From a virus, in IMG/VR virus record IMGVR_UViG_3300031965_000004, positions 1-64,000 of that record: a stretch of DNA of 64,000 nt; one strand, written 5' to 3'. The translations under genes were made by a program, and so were the position numbers. The stretch's first letter is position 1; each line of letters starts with the position of its first letter. Below the pieces are notes generated by a model. The model searched no databases and was not told the DNA's origin. It saw only the letters and a program-made list of their open reading frames with translations. Of the stretch, positions 1-9,089 are shown one piece after another.

Positions 1-409
1 GGGGGGCGGTCGGCCGCGGCGCGGGCGGGCGGGGGATCCGCCCCGTCGGCCGACCCGCCCCCCCCTGAGGAGCGCCCGGGGGGGCGGGGACGACTGCGGG
101 CAACAAGGTGTGTGTGGGCGCGGGGCGCGGAGGGGCCGGAGGGGCCGGAGGCGCCGGAGGGGCCGGAGGCGCGGGGCGCGGGGGGGCGAGTTGAAACTCC
201 TTCATGGCTCGCTTGAGCTCGTAGCTCCAGACCGTCCCTGGCTCCTGCGGAACTCCGTCCCAATCCTGATGGGTCTCCAATGCCTCGACTTCGACGTCGG
301 AGTCTCCGTAGACGCCTAGGACGCGCACGAGGACAGGCGCGTGGCCAAACAGCGGCGCGTAGTAGTTGACGCCGGCCTGAACGAAGGGCTGTGTGGTCTT
401 GCGGCTCAC
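1..409 (-). CDS. Hypothetical protein with Pro-rich (PAP)n linker, runs off the window edge
   Basis: GTG at 409 overlaps the TGA of the 406..825 gene (GTGA). The frame is open to position 1: MSRKTTQPFVQAG...APPAPPAPP. Confidence 0.6.
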   Translation of the reverse strand, partial: MSRKTTQPFVQAGVNYYAPLFGHAPVLVRVLGVYGDSDVEVEALETHQDWDGVPQEPGTVWSYELKRAMKEFQLAPPRPAPPAPPAPPAPPAPPRPAPTHTLLPAVVPAPPGAPQGGAGRPTGRIPRPPAPRPTAP

Positions 410-825
410 TTCTTAATCAAGCCCTTGATCGCCAAGTAGCCGATCCCCCCCGCGGCTGCCACGGACCCGATCACGAGCAACGGGAACAGGTTGAAGCGCG
501 GCGGGCCGTAGGGCGCGAGCTGGACGGGGCCAGCGGGCGTCTGAACTTCCACCGTGGGGCGAATGATGTTCTTCAGCACCCACTCGCTGAGCCCGGACGT
601 GGGGCGAGTGGGCGCGTTGGGGTCGTAGGTGAAGTCAGGCGTGATCTGACTTCGGATCGTGACCGAGCGGAACGTGCTTGTCGCCATGTTGCCTGCGAAC
701 GTGGCCAGCGCGGAGGAAGCGCCCAGCCCCGAGGAGACGCGAGCGAGGCGCAGGTCTTGCTGCGCCACGGCGACCTCTCGGGGCGTGGGAATGTGCGTTC
801 GGTCTACCTGCATGTAGTCGATCAT
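406..825 (-). CDS. Small membrane protein with GLG motif and C-terminal TM plus basic tail (putative virion membrane protein)
   Basis: RVSSGLGA motif; C-terminus LFPLLVIGSVAAAGGIGYLAIKGLIKK; GGAG SD; CTAC promoter upstream. Confidence 0.75.
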   Translation of the reverse strand: MIDYMQVDRTHIPTPREVAVAQQDLRLARVSSGLGASSALATFAGNMATSTFRSVTIRSQITPDFTYDPNAPTRPTSGLSEWVLKNIIRPTVEVQTPAGPVQLAPYGPPRFNLFPLLVIGSVAAAGGIGYLAIKGLIKK

Positions 826-845
826 GGGCTGCTCCAGCTACCGCC

Positions 846-870
846 AGACTACCGCAGGGCCCTGGGGTAG
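846..870 (-). promoter_or_regulatory. CTAC-N15-TAGTCT putative late promoter
   Basis: Matches a motif found at 8 sites with an exact 15-nt spacer. Confidence 0.7.
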
Positions 871-872
871 CC

Positions 873-1382
873 CTACTGCCGAACCCCGAAGCCCTCGGGG
901 ACGACGCCGGAGGGAGGAGCCCAGGGGCGGGGCTGCGGGCCGTCGAGAGGGGCGAGCAGTTGGGCATCAGTCGGAGGGGTCTTCCCCTCTTCTTCTTCGT
1001 CGTCCCCGTCCTCTTCGTCGTCGTCGTCCTCCTCGTCGTCGATCTCGACAGCGATGCTGTAGATCGTGTTGGCTCGGTAGCAACAGTAGGGGATGGTGTC
1101 GGACGGTTGGTCCTCGTCGAGGTCCAACTGGAGGTCCAGCGACTTCGGGAAGTGAACCAGGCTCCCCTTCTTCGAGTTGACGCGAGTCAAGAGCTCGCTG
1201 AAGGTTTCGTTGGAGAACACGCGGACCGGGGGGAGCGGCGTCAACGCGCCCTCGGGCATGATCCCCAGGAGGAACACGTTGAACGTCACGAGCTCGGGCT
1301 CGGGCGCCTCGGGGAACTTCAGCGTCCGCTTGGTGGGCGCCACCTTGGGCGCGGGGGGGGTCTGGGTCTCAGTCTCAGTCAT
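873..1382 (-). CDS. Hypothetical protein with acidic tail
   Basis: ATG overlaps the stop of the upstream gene (ATGA); coding-like composition. Confidence 0.7.
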   Translation of the reverse strand: MTETETQTPPAPKVAPTKRTLKFPEAPEPELVTFNVFLLGIMPEGALTPLPPVRVFSNETFSELLTRVNSKKGSLVHFPKSLDLQLDLDEDQPSDTIPYCCYRANTIYSIAVEIDDEEDDDDEEDGDDEEEEGKTPPTDAQLLAPLDGPQPRPWAPPSGVVPEGFGVRQ

Positions 1383-2068
1383 GCTCTCGCCTCGTCTCGT
1401 TCTTGGGCCTGTTTCCACTCGGGGGCCTGCATCGCCATGGAGCGGCCGAGCCACTCCTCCAAGCGAAGCTGGCGCGAGAAGAAGGTGTGGTCGCGGACGA
1501 ACTCGTCCGCAGCGTCAAGGCCCTTGTTGAGGGGCCGGAAGCCGAGCGTGAACCCGTCGTCGCCGTGCTCGAGGTTCTTGGTCCCGAGCGTGGCCGCCGT
1601 CTCGTCGATCTGTGGCTTGGTGTCGACCAAGCCTTCGGCCTCGAGCTTGGCGAGCAGGAGCTTGAAGCGCCGCGTGTTGACCGAGACGGCGTGAAGGGTC
1701 TCCTCGGACCAAGTGTCAGGCGGGACCATAGCCAGACAGCGCCACTCGCGCTGGTCGTGGGGGAGGCCGACGTTCTCTGGGATCTCGTCCGTGCGCAAGA
1801 TCGAGAGCACGAACGACTTGGGCGGCAAGATCGTGCTCAGCGCCAGGTCCCGACCTCGGATCGCGCGGAACGTCGGCTGGAGGTCGTTCGCGCTGACGGG
1901 TAGCCCTGTCGCTTGGTCCGTCTCGCAAGGACCGCCGCGGCGGTCCTTGCTGAACTTGACCAGGTAGTGCCACGAGGCGAACAAGAACGCTCGGAGCTGG
2001 TCTTCAGACATGACGCCCGAGTCGTGGATATTGAGCAGTTCGCCCTGATTGAACTTCTTGTTGGCCAT
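1379..2068 (-). CDS. Hypothetical protein
   Basis: ATG at 2068 with GGGGGA SD; globular composition. Confidence 0.75.
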   Translation of the reverse strand: MANKKFNQGELLNIHDSGVMSEDQLRAFLFASWHYLVKFSKDRRGGPCETDQATGLPVSANDLQPTFRAIRGRDLALSTILPPKSFVLSILRTDEIPENVGLPHDQREWRCLAMVPPDTWSEETLHAVSVNTRRFKLLLAKLEAEGLVDTKPQIDETAATLGTKNLEHGDDGFTLGFRPLNKGLDAADEFVRDHTFFSRQLRLEEWLGRSMAMQAPEWKQAQERDEARA

Positions 2069-2128
2069 GCGTCCCCCTGTGGCCACGCACGATACAGAGG
2101 GGGTCGGACAAACTAGGGCGTCTGCGGT

Positions 2129-3064
2129 TCAGCCTGGGTAGACGACGCCAACAGCCGCGTTGATGTGCTCAATGTGGGTCGGCAACAGGTGGCCGCGCAG
2201 TTCAAACGCGCGGGCGTCCAGCGCGGCAAGTTCCTTGTAGGGGCGGCGCCCGTAGACCGGCGAGTAGGGCCAGACCCCCTGCTCGTAGAAGATCACCGCC
2301 AGCCCTTCGCCCAAGCCCTCGTAGGTGGACCATTCTCTGGCCCCGCTGCAACGGTTGGGGTCGACGATCGTCTCGTTAGGGCCGTAGGGACCGTCCGGCG
2401 AGTCCATACCTGGAACCAACTCGGCCGCGGCCACGAGGTAGGAGAGCGTCACCAGCGCCGATCGGTCCTCATACGATCCGCCAGCCAAATGCTCCGCCAT
2501 GCCGCTCCGCGCCCAGTGGCGGAGCTGGCGAGCGCGCCCCTCCGCCGGCTCAACGTCCGGGTCGCGGTAAGCCAGGCGGTAGGCTTCGTCGGGGTTCCGC
2601 AGGCGCGCGTCGAACAGTGGCCCGGGTGGGACGTAGGCAGGGGGGAGGAGGGGGAGGCGCGCGTGGCGCCTGGCAGCATTCGCGCGCTTGATTCGCCAGT
2701 AGACAGCGTGCAATTCCGCTGATCGCTGGGGACCTGGAAGCGCTTCGACGCGCGCCAGGAGTTCGGGCGTGTAGTAGTAGCCCCATTCTTGCAGCATGTG
2801 TCGCGCCCAAGCGCTCAGGGGCTCAGGAGGGTTGCGCTGGAACCGTCCGAAGTAGCCGCGGTCCTCGAAGTCCTGCTCCGTTCGCCCGAGCTCGCGCTGG
2901 GTCCTGGCCGTGAAGGCTTCTGACGCGGCGGTCAACTCCTGCTCGAGAAGCGCGAGGTCACCACGAAGGCGCGCGATCTCGGGCGCCGCATGGTTGAAGT
3001 ATTCGGCGTCGTCGAGCTCGAGGCGCTTGTCGTTGATCCGCTGCTCGAGTTCTGAAGGGGTCAC
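2129..3064 (-). CDS. NP-segmented multidomain protein
   Basis: Coupled GTGA start; FQRNPP and RLRNPD motifs; leader-like module after the second NP. Confidence 0.75.
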   Translation of the reverse strand: MTPSELEQRINDKRLELDDAEYFNHAAPEIARLRGDLALLEQELTAASEAFTARTQRELGRTEQDFEDRGYFGRFQRNPPEPLSAWARHMLQEWGYYYTPELLARVEALPGPQRSAELHAVYWRIKRANAARRHARLPLLPPAYVPPGPLFDARLRNPDEAYRLAYRDPDVEPAEGRARQLRHWARSGMAEHLAGGSYEDRSALVTLSYLVAAAELVPGMDSPDGPYGPNETIVDPNRCSGAREWSTYEGLGEGLAVIFYEQGVWPYSPVYGRRPYKELAALDARAFELRGHLLPTHIEHINAAVGVVYPG

Positions 3065-3873
3065 GGAAGCCTCACTGGCCAGAAGTCGTCGCGCTCGAGG
3101 TAGGGGGTCGGGTCCCAGCGTCGCGGAGAACCGGCGAGCACCCAGGGCTTCACGAGTGTGAGCGCGACTTGACCAGGGATGAGGGACTGCGGCCGGCGCG
3201 CGCCGGCCGCGACTCGAGGGCCTAAAAGAGGCAAGGCCGCCTCGGAGAGGCCCTCACTTAGAATCGCAGTCCCAATCCAGTGGATCAAGTAACCCGCAGG
3301 GCCTCCAGGGGTGGGCTGCTCCTGCCAAACCGCCGCTCGCTCCCGCATTTCCACCCAGTCGTGGGGGCCGCGGCCGCGGCCCCCGTTCTGCACGTATTCA
3401 ACAAGCGGTCGCATGACGCCGCGCGCGAAATCGGCAGTGACGCGGCGTCGCGCCGCTTCGGCGGCAGGAACAGGGCCCGCTGTGAGCGGGACGAGCGCAC
3501 GAATCCACGCAAGCGCCACGAGAACCTCGAAGACTTCGCCGTAGGCGCCGCAGTAGCCGTCGTAACGGTCCCCCCTCCGACCATAGTGAAAGAACCCTTT
3601 CAGGTCCCGCACCATGCTGTGTCCAGGCCAATCCGGGTCGTCGGGGAAGACCACGTCGTAGGGGTCGCCTTTGTGCGCCGCGAGCAGCTTCGCCCCCGGG
3701 TCGCCCAGCACGGCCAGGACGGGGATCCACTCTTCGAACAACGCCGTCTGCCCTGCGATCCCGTCAACGAACGAATAGCGCTGGAGGAGCACGTAGAGAT
3801 CGGCCCACGCCTGCGGGTCGTTCGTGTCGTAGGCGAGTTTCTGCGCGGCCCGGACGCGCGCGTCGGGCGTCAC
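3061..3873 (-). CDS. Hypothetical protein with N-terminal D-x-R helical leader module
   Basis: GTG at 3873 overlaps the upstream TGA; begins MTPDARVRAAQKLAYDTNDPQAWADL. Confidence 0.7.
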   Translation of the reverse strand: MTPDARVRAAQKLAYDTNDPQAWADLYVLLQRYSFVDGIAGQTALFEEWIPVLAVLGDPGAKLLAAHKGDPYDVVFPDDPDWPGHSMVRDLKGFFHYGRRGDRYDGYCGAYGEVFEVLVALAWIRALVPLTAGPVPAAEAARRRVTADFARGVMRPLVEYVQNGGRGRGPHDWVEMRERAAVWQEQPTPGGPAGYLIHWIGTAILSEGLSEAALPLLGPRVAAGARRPQSLIPGQVALTLVKPWVLAGSPRRWDPTPYLERDDFWPVRLP

Positions 3874-5960
3874 GGGGCGTAGGGCGCCGGGCACCCGCGC
3901 GAGACCGAATGCCCACCGCTGAGCGGCTGGAGCTCGAGGGTGTAGCGACGGCCGGTCGAAGCCTCGAGCTTTTGCTCGACCCAAGCAATCGCGACTTCCG
4001 CGACGTCAAGCCCCCGAAAGCGGTCGGCCGAATCTCGGTAGACGGTGAACGAGAATTGTCCAGTGCGGTCATTGAGCCGCGTCAGGTAGTGCGTGCGGCT
4101 CGAGGTCACGTAGCCGGGAATCTGACACGTCGCGCGCACGAGATAGAGCGTGCCGGGCGCCTTCTTGCGCGGGTTTGGGAGCCGGGCGGGGGGCGGGTAG
4201 GAGAGCGCGAATCGGGACGCGACGTAGTCACCCGAGCGGTAGTCGTGGCGCTTGCCCGTTCCGTGCTCGACCTGGCGATTCCAGAACCGATCCTGGCTCA
4301 TGTCTCGGTGGACGGCGCTTGCCAGCGGGAGCCCGAACTGCTGCTGGGCGTAGTCGGCCGCGGCCTGGTAGAGCACGCGCGGGATCTCAGCGCCGCCGAG
4401 CGCCGGCGACACCACCAGGTCCATGACAGACGCGGCCGGCTGGATCCCGGCAAAATCCCGATCGTCGCCGGCGCCCTTGAGGAGGCGGATCCTGCCGGCC
4501 CACTCCCCGTTGGGGGCGAGGGCGTTGATCTCGACGTAGCGCCCGAAGTCGCGCGGGGTCTGGACGCGATAGGCGGGGACCGCGGTGGGCAACTCCAGCC
4601 TCGCCTTGGCAGCCATTTCCGTGATTCGACGCCGCTTGTCCTCGCCGGCCATGGAGAGCTCGCAAGCTGCGGCCATGTCGTCGTCACTCATGGTGTCGAC
4701 CGAGTCTCCGGCGCGTGTAGCGTGGTAGCCGATCCGCATGGCGCATAGCCAGTGCTCGCCAGTCTCCGTGAGCCGGTAGTAGCGCCGGTTGGCGCGGGCG
4801 GTGAGCCCAAGTCTTTGTAGGTAGCCCGCTTCGGCGAGCTCCACGACGCGCTGAGCAAGAAGCGATCGTATCGCCTTGCGGACCATGGTCTCGCTGCAAC
4901 GGGTGTCGCTCGTGATCTCGCTGATATGACTGTGACCCGTCTTGCCGAGATACTCAGCGATCTCCACCTCGCACGAGTCTCCGCCGCCTCCCTCAATAAT
5001 GTTGACGGTGTCAGCGAGGCTGCCGACCGACTTCCAGTCCTGCTGCAACTCGCGGCAGCGCTCGTCGGGCAGGTCAGGAACGTAGCCGCGCTCGCTTCCC
5101 TGCCCAACGTATTTGGGGTTCGATTGCTTCTTCTCCGCGTCGTGCCAAGCGACGCCCTCGAGCTCAAGCGTGTTCTCGAGCCGGGCCGGCGACGTGTTCA
5201 AGCGTCGCGCCAGCGCATGAAAGTGGATCCCCTTAAGGCGCCGGTGCCACTGCCACTTGGGCGAGACGAAGGACCGCTTGACCTCGAGCGGGCCGTAGGC
5301 GTAGGCCACGAGAAGCGGACAGAACCCGTGCTCCTTCGCGACGGGCGCGTCGTAGGCTTGCAGGTTCTCCAGGTCGAGAAGCAACCTCGCCCCGGATCTG
5401 GTGACGTGTAGGCGCGTCCCAGCCGGGGGCAGGACAGCTCCGCAAGCGTTGATCTTCTTCATGGGGTTCCTCTCGCAGGCGGGCGGGCCGCCGGTCCACC
5501 ACGACTGGAGTTTGCCACACCGACAGAGGGCGCCGCACGAACAACCGCAGTCACTCGAGGGGTTTGGGGCCTGCGCCTTGCCCTTGACGCGAACGGCCCC
5601 GTCGCGGGTGAGCGCGGCCTCGGCCGACCCCGTGAAGGGCGCACCGCTCCGCTTGTCGAAGAAGAAGGGCCCGTGCGTCAAGCAGTTGTAGGTGATCGCG
5701 CGCCAGCCGCGCCCTGACACCTTGGCCGTGAACGCGACGAGCTCGCCCGTGAGGTAGGCGTGGACGTTCTTGCTCTGCTCGCGGGAACACCGCTTCCAGT
5801 CGGCCTCGCTAACGACGGGCAGAACGTTGCGCAAGACGACTTCAGCAACGTAGGCGCGGACACGGCCGGCGTGGCTGACGACGAAGCGCCCTCGGCTGAC
5901 GCTCCGGTGAACGCGCACGCGCTTGCCACGGAGTTCGCGTAAGATCGAGGCGTCACTCAC
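3870..5960 (-). CDS. NP-segmented polyvalent protein (phage KNVHA domain, winged HTH, GNAT-like domain)
   Basis: GTG at 5960; KNVHAYLTG..TYN domain; HISEI..SETMVRKAIRSL..RYYRLTETG winged HTH; VMDLVVSP..GIPRVLY-like GNAT segment; 4 NP motifs between domains. Confidence 0.7.
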   Translation of the reverse strand: MSDASILRELRGKRVRVHRSVSRGRFVVSHAGRVRAYVAEVVLRNVLPVVSEADWKRCSREQSKNVHAYLTGELVAFTAKVSGRGWRAITYNCLTHGPFFFDKRSGAPFTGSAEAALTRDGAVRVKGKAQAPNPSSDCGCSCGALCRCGKLQSWWTGGPPACERNPMKKINACGAVLPPAGTRLHVTRSGARLLLDLENLQAYDAPVAKEHGFCPLLVAYAYGPLEVKRSFVSPKWQWHRRLKGIHFHALARRLNTSPARLENTLELEGVAWHDAEKKQSNPKYVGQGSERGYVPDLPDERCRELQQDWKSVGSLADTVNIIEGGGGDSCEVEIAEYLGKTGHSHISEITSDTRCSETMVRKAIRSLLAQRVVELAEAGYLQRLGLTARANRRYYRLTETGEHWLCAMRIGYHATRAGDSVDTMSDDDMAAACELSMAGEDKRRRITEMAAKARLELPTAVPAYRVQTPRDFGRYVEINALAPNGEWAGRIRLLKGAGDDRDFAGIQPAASVMDLVVSPALGGAEIPRVLYQAAADYAQQQFGLPLASAVHRDMSQDRFWNRQVEHGTGKRHDYRSGDYVASRFALSYPPPARLPNPRKKAPGTLYLVRATCQIPGYVTSSRTHYLTRLNDRTGQFSFTVYRDSADRFRGLDVAEVAIAWVEQKLEASTGRRYTLELQPLSGGHSVSRGCPAPYAP

Positions 5961-8304
5961 CGTAGATTTTCCCGTGGCCACCGCCGAGCGCGCGGAGCAA
6001 GGGGACGTATTCGGCGTGGATAGCGAGGGCTTGCTTAACGACACCTTGCGGATCTGCGGGCCCTGTTCGCATGGACCATTCAAACTCAGTAGGGCTCCAG
6101 GGGCCCTCACTTGGGTATCCCGCCTCGAGCAACGCTCGAGCAAGACGACGCATTTCCAAGTGCCAGAGGGCACGATCGCGGTTGTCTGCGTATCCCACGG
6201 CCCACAGCAATTCGCCGGGGAGCCGCTCCGAGTAGAACCGGTGGCCCAACACCCCCTGCCCGATCCTGCGGATACGGTCCCCGTGCTCGTTGGCGAGCCG
6301 GTTGAGGACGGGTCCCTGTTCCGGCGTGTAGCCCCCAGGTCGCGTCCGGTCGTGCTGCAAGTCCGCCTCCAAGTGCCACCCAACGAAGTGCAGGAAGGGG
6401 TCGGGGTGATCGCGCAGGAAGTTGATCTCGCCCGAGCGGAGGTGTCGGCCGACGTAGGCGATTCGAGCCTCGGGGTCGGACGGCGGACCCGCTCGATCGA
6501 GCGCCCGATCGCTTGCGTCGGGGTTGCGTTTGATCCAAGGCGCCAGTGTGATCGAGTAGCCCCCGTGCTTGAGGGCGTAGTCGACGGACTGGCCCTGATA
6601 CTTGTGGAGGAAGACGAAGCATTCGTTGTGGCTTCCGCAGAACAGGATCTTCTCGGGAAGGTCCCGGTCGTTTTTGTCGAGACCGACGTAGGTCACGCAG
6701 TATTCGGACTCGAGCCCTGGGTTGGCGCGCTGAAGTCCCTTGCCCGGCCACCGGCGGTCGTAGGTGATGTCGAGCCCGAGCGCCTCCTCCGCCGCGGCGT
6801 CAGCTTCGGCCTCTGACCCGTGCGGGCCGGCGAGTTCGTGCCCGACCTCGTGCGCCAGCACCCCGCGCAGGTTCCGGGCGGGCAGCCAGCGCGCCTGCTC
6901 GGCGAGCTCGTAGCGAGGATCGCCTGCTCCTGCGATCTCCCCGCCCGGGAAGTAGAGCTGCGCGTAGCGGCGAGGCGAGGTCTCGTGCAGGCGCGAGAGG
7001 GACGAAGGCCAGGAGAGCGCGGGACGGCCCGGCAGCCCCCCCTCCTCGCGGAGGCGACGGAGTTGGTCGAAGACCTCGCTCCGCGGGCGGGGGAACCGGA
7101 CGCGCGGGTGCTCGTGGCCAGGGTTGGTGGGGTTCTTCTTCGGCTTCAGCGCGCGGGCCAGCCGGGCCGGGAACGCCTTGCGCATCGCGATCCGGCGCCG
7201 CTCGCGGGTGGCGTAGAGGGCCTCGCGTGGGACGTAGTAGGCGGCGAAGTAGCCTTTGGGGTAGAACGTCCCGTCCGCTGTCGTGAAGCCCTTGGAATCG
7301 GCGCTGGCCCGAACGAAGGCTGCCGCGTTGCTTCCGTGGACAGGAGCGACCACCGACTTGCCGACCATGCCTCGCCCCTGGCACCACCCGCAGGTGTCAC
7401 ACGTCCAGCGGGTCTCCATGCCGGCCTCGGGGTAGTGGGGGCAGACGAGCTCTGACCCCTCGAGCGGGAGTTGGGCGGGACCGGCCGCGCGATAGGTGCG
7501 CCATCCGTAGATCGTCTGGGCGAGGACCTGCTGGTCAGGGCTATCGACGCTCGCCATGCAGAAGTCTTTGAAGCCCTGGAATTGGGGATCGTGCCACTGA
7601 TGGGTATAGCCTGTCCACCGCGTCTGGTGTTTGAGGATCTTGCGCCAGACCGCCTCAGGCACAGCCACCGGCTCCCCGTAACTGCCGATCCGAACCGGGA
7701 ACGTGAAGGCGAAGAGATCGGCAACGTCTTCAGGCGCGACGCGGGGATACTTGCCGTCAACGTAGGCTTTGTAGATCGTGGCAGGACCTCGGCGCGTGAC
7801 GGTGACGTAGCAGCTCCGTTCCCCCGCTCGGGTCGCCGGCCGCTGCGGGTCCTTTCGCAGTTCTGCTCGAGTCGCAGGACGGACCTCGCCGCGCATTTTG
7901 CAGTCGAAGCAAATGCTGCTGTCCTGGCCGGTGTCCACGGCCTCTTGCGGGTGCATGTCGGAGCGAAGGATCCACGTTTGGATCATGCGCCCGGTCTTCA
8001 CGTTATCGCTGGCCTCGAGAAACCCGGTCGCGATCAGCACGATCGGGGCTCCGTCCATGGGGCTTGGCCCCTCCCAGATCACGAATCCGTTGGCCGCGTA
8101 GAACTTCCGACTCTGGTGGCGCTGGACCGTCTGGCCGCCGACCCAGAAGTGGGGGATCAGCATTCTGTCGGCTTGCTTGAGGGGCTTGGGCGGGTTCCCC
8201 CGCCGGTCTCCGGCGGTCCGGGCGTCGATCTCCGCCAACTCCGCCAACTCGGCCGGGCCTGGGGAGGCGAAGGCCACGCCGGGCCGGTGGGGGTGTAGGA
8301 GCAT
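5953..8304 (-). CDS. NP-segmented polyvalent protein (Cys-rich gp88/radical-SAM-like domain, HExxH zincin-like domain, others)
   Basis: NVKTG..ICFDC..CYV..GYTHQW..CDTCGWC; LAHEVGHE..EAEADA; 5 NP motifs. Confidence 0.7.
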   Translation of the reverse strand: MLLHPHRPGVAFASPGPAELAELAEIDARTAGDRRGNPPKPLKQADRMLIPHFWVGGQTVQRHQSRKFYAANGFVIWEGPSPMDGAPIVLIATGFLEASDNVKTGRMIQTWILRSDMHPQEAVDTGQDSSICFDCKMRGEVRPATRAELRKDPQRPATRAGERSCYVTVTRRGPATIYKAYVDGKYPRVAPEDVADLFAFTFPVRIGSYGEPVAVPEAVWRKILKHQTRWTGYTHQWHDPQFQGFKDFCMASVDSPDQQVLAQTIYGWRTYRAAGPAQLPLEGSELVCPHYPEAGMETRWTCDTCGWCQGRGMVGKSVVAPVHGSNAAAFVRASADSKGFTTADGTFYPKGYFAAYYVPREALYATRERRRIAMRKAFPARLARALKPKKNPTNPGHEHPRVRFPRPRSEVFDQLRRLREEGGLPGRPALSWPSSLSRLHETSPRRYAQLYFPGGEIAGAGDPRYELAEQARWLPARNLRGVLAHEVGHELAGPHGSEAEADAAAEEALGLDITYDRRWPGKGLQRANPGLESEYCVTYVGLDKNDRDLPEKILFCGSHNECFVFLHKYQGQSVDYALKHGGYSITLAPWIKRNPDASDRALDRAGPPSDPEARIAYVGRHLRSGEINFLRDHPDPFLHFVGWHLEADLQHDRTRPGGYTPEQGPVLNRLANEHGDRIRRIGQGVLGHRFYSERLPGELLWAVGYADNRDRALWHLEMRRLARALLEAGYPSEGPWSPTEFEWSMRTGPADPQGVVKQALAIHAEYVPLLRALGGGHGKIYGE

Positions 8305-8325
8305 TGCGGAAGCCTCTCACCGGCA

Positions 8326-8350
8326 ATGCTACCGCCCGACCCCTAGGTAG
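8326..8350 (-). promoter_or_regulatory. CTAC-N15-TAGCAT putative late promoter
   Basis: Exact motif upstream of the 8304 start. Confidence 0.7.
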
Positions 8351-8369
8351 ATCGAATCTTGATTCCCCG

Positions 8370-8394
8370 CTACCCCCGGGGGGAGTGCTAGTTT
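8370..8394 (+). promoter_or_regulatory. CTAC-N15-TAGTTT putative late promoter
   Basis: Exact motif, divergent from the 8326-8350 copy. Confidence 0.65.
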
Positions 8395-8400
8395 CACTGC

Positions 8401-8523
8401 ATGCGGTTAGTCACCTCGGCGGGGTGGCCCGAACTGGACTTCGGTCTGGCGAAGGTGGCCCTTGGAGACTCCGCGCCTGCCGAAGAGACCCCCGAGTCGT
8501 GGATGCTCGGGGGTCTCTTCTTT
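8401..8523 (+). ncRNA. Putative small structured RNA (alternatively a leaderless 42-aa ORF, 8401-8529)
   Basis: Lies between a promoter and a terminator; closing stem TCGGCGGG/CCTGCCGA; GGAC-TTCG-GTCT tetraloop hairpin. Confidence 0.45.
8482..8523. terminator. Bidirectional intrinsic terminator
   Basis: 16-bp stem GAAGAGACCCCCGAGT/GCTCGGGGGTCTCTTC followed by TTT, between convergent units. Confidence 0.8.
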
Positions 8524-8525
8524 GG

Positions 8526-9089
8526 TTAGACGCCTTCGAGTTTGCGTTCGAGTTTGCGCTTGAGTCGCTCATTCTCCGTGCGGAGCTGGTTCACGTCACG
8601 CACGGCCTCACCCCAACTCCCGCGCATTTGGTAGTAGGCTTCCTCGAAGTCTTGCCATTCGTGACCGTCTTCGACCGACGAGATTTGGAAGTCCCCTTCG
8701 CGGATCGTGAGGCCGCAGAGCTCGAACACGCGCTCGACGAGCGCCGTCGTTTTCGCCCCGCAGTTGTAGCTCTTACGGAAGTCGGCGAGCGTGACGTCCC
8801 GTGCCCAAGTCTCCATGGGGACGAGGTCTCCGCGCAGGGCCGGCCTCACGCCGCGCGCCCCCCACGCTTGCAGCGCAACTTTGGCAAACGCGGTCAGGAC
8901 GTTAGTCCTCATGGCCTTGCTCACGTCGCCCTCGCCGAGCCTCGCGACGGCCTCTGGGTAGGTGAGCGAGTGCAGGTCAGGGTTGCCCTCGGCACGGTTG
9001 CGCCGCACGCAGTAGGCGAGCGCATTGGCCTCCGTTGGATCCTCACAAAACGTCCGCCACGCCAACTGAACGATCGCGTCTTGACTCAT
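8526..9089 (-). CDS. RNA polymerase alpha-CTD-like (HhH) domain protein with N-terminal leader module and C-terminal coiled coil
   Basis: GGAGGA SD; TLADFRKSYNCGAKTTALVERVFELCGL resembles the alpha-CTD NxGxKS..I...L...GL motif. Confidence 0.6.
   Translation of the reverse strand: MSQDAIVQLAWRTFCEDPTEANALAYCVRRNRAEGNPDLHSLTYPEAVARLGEGDVSKAMRTNVLTAFAKVALQAWGARGVRPALRGDLVPMETWARDVTLADFRKSYNCGAKTTALVERVFELCGLTIREGDFQISSVEDGHEWQDFEEAYYQMRGSWGEAVRDVNQLRTENERLKRKLERKLEGV

Noticed and set aside
1-190. Terminal repeat or genome end
   Set aside because: The G-rich repeats are explained by a Pro-rich coding frame on the minus strand.
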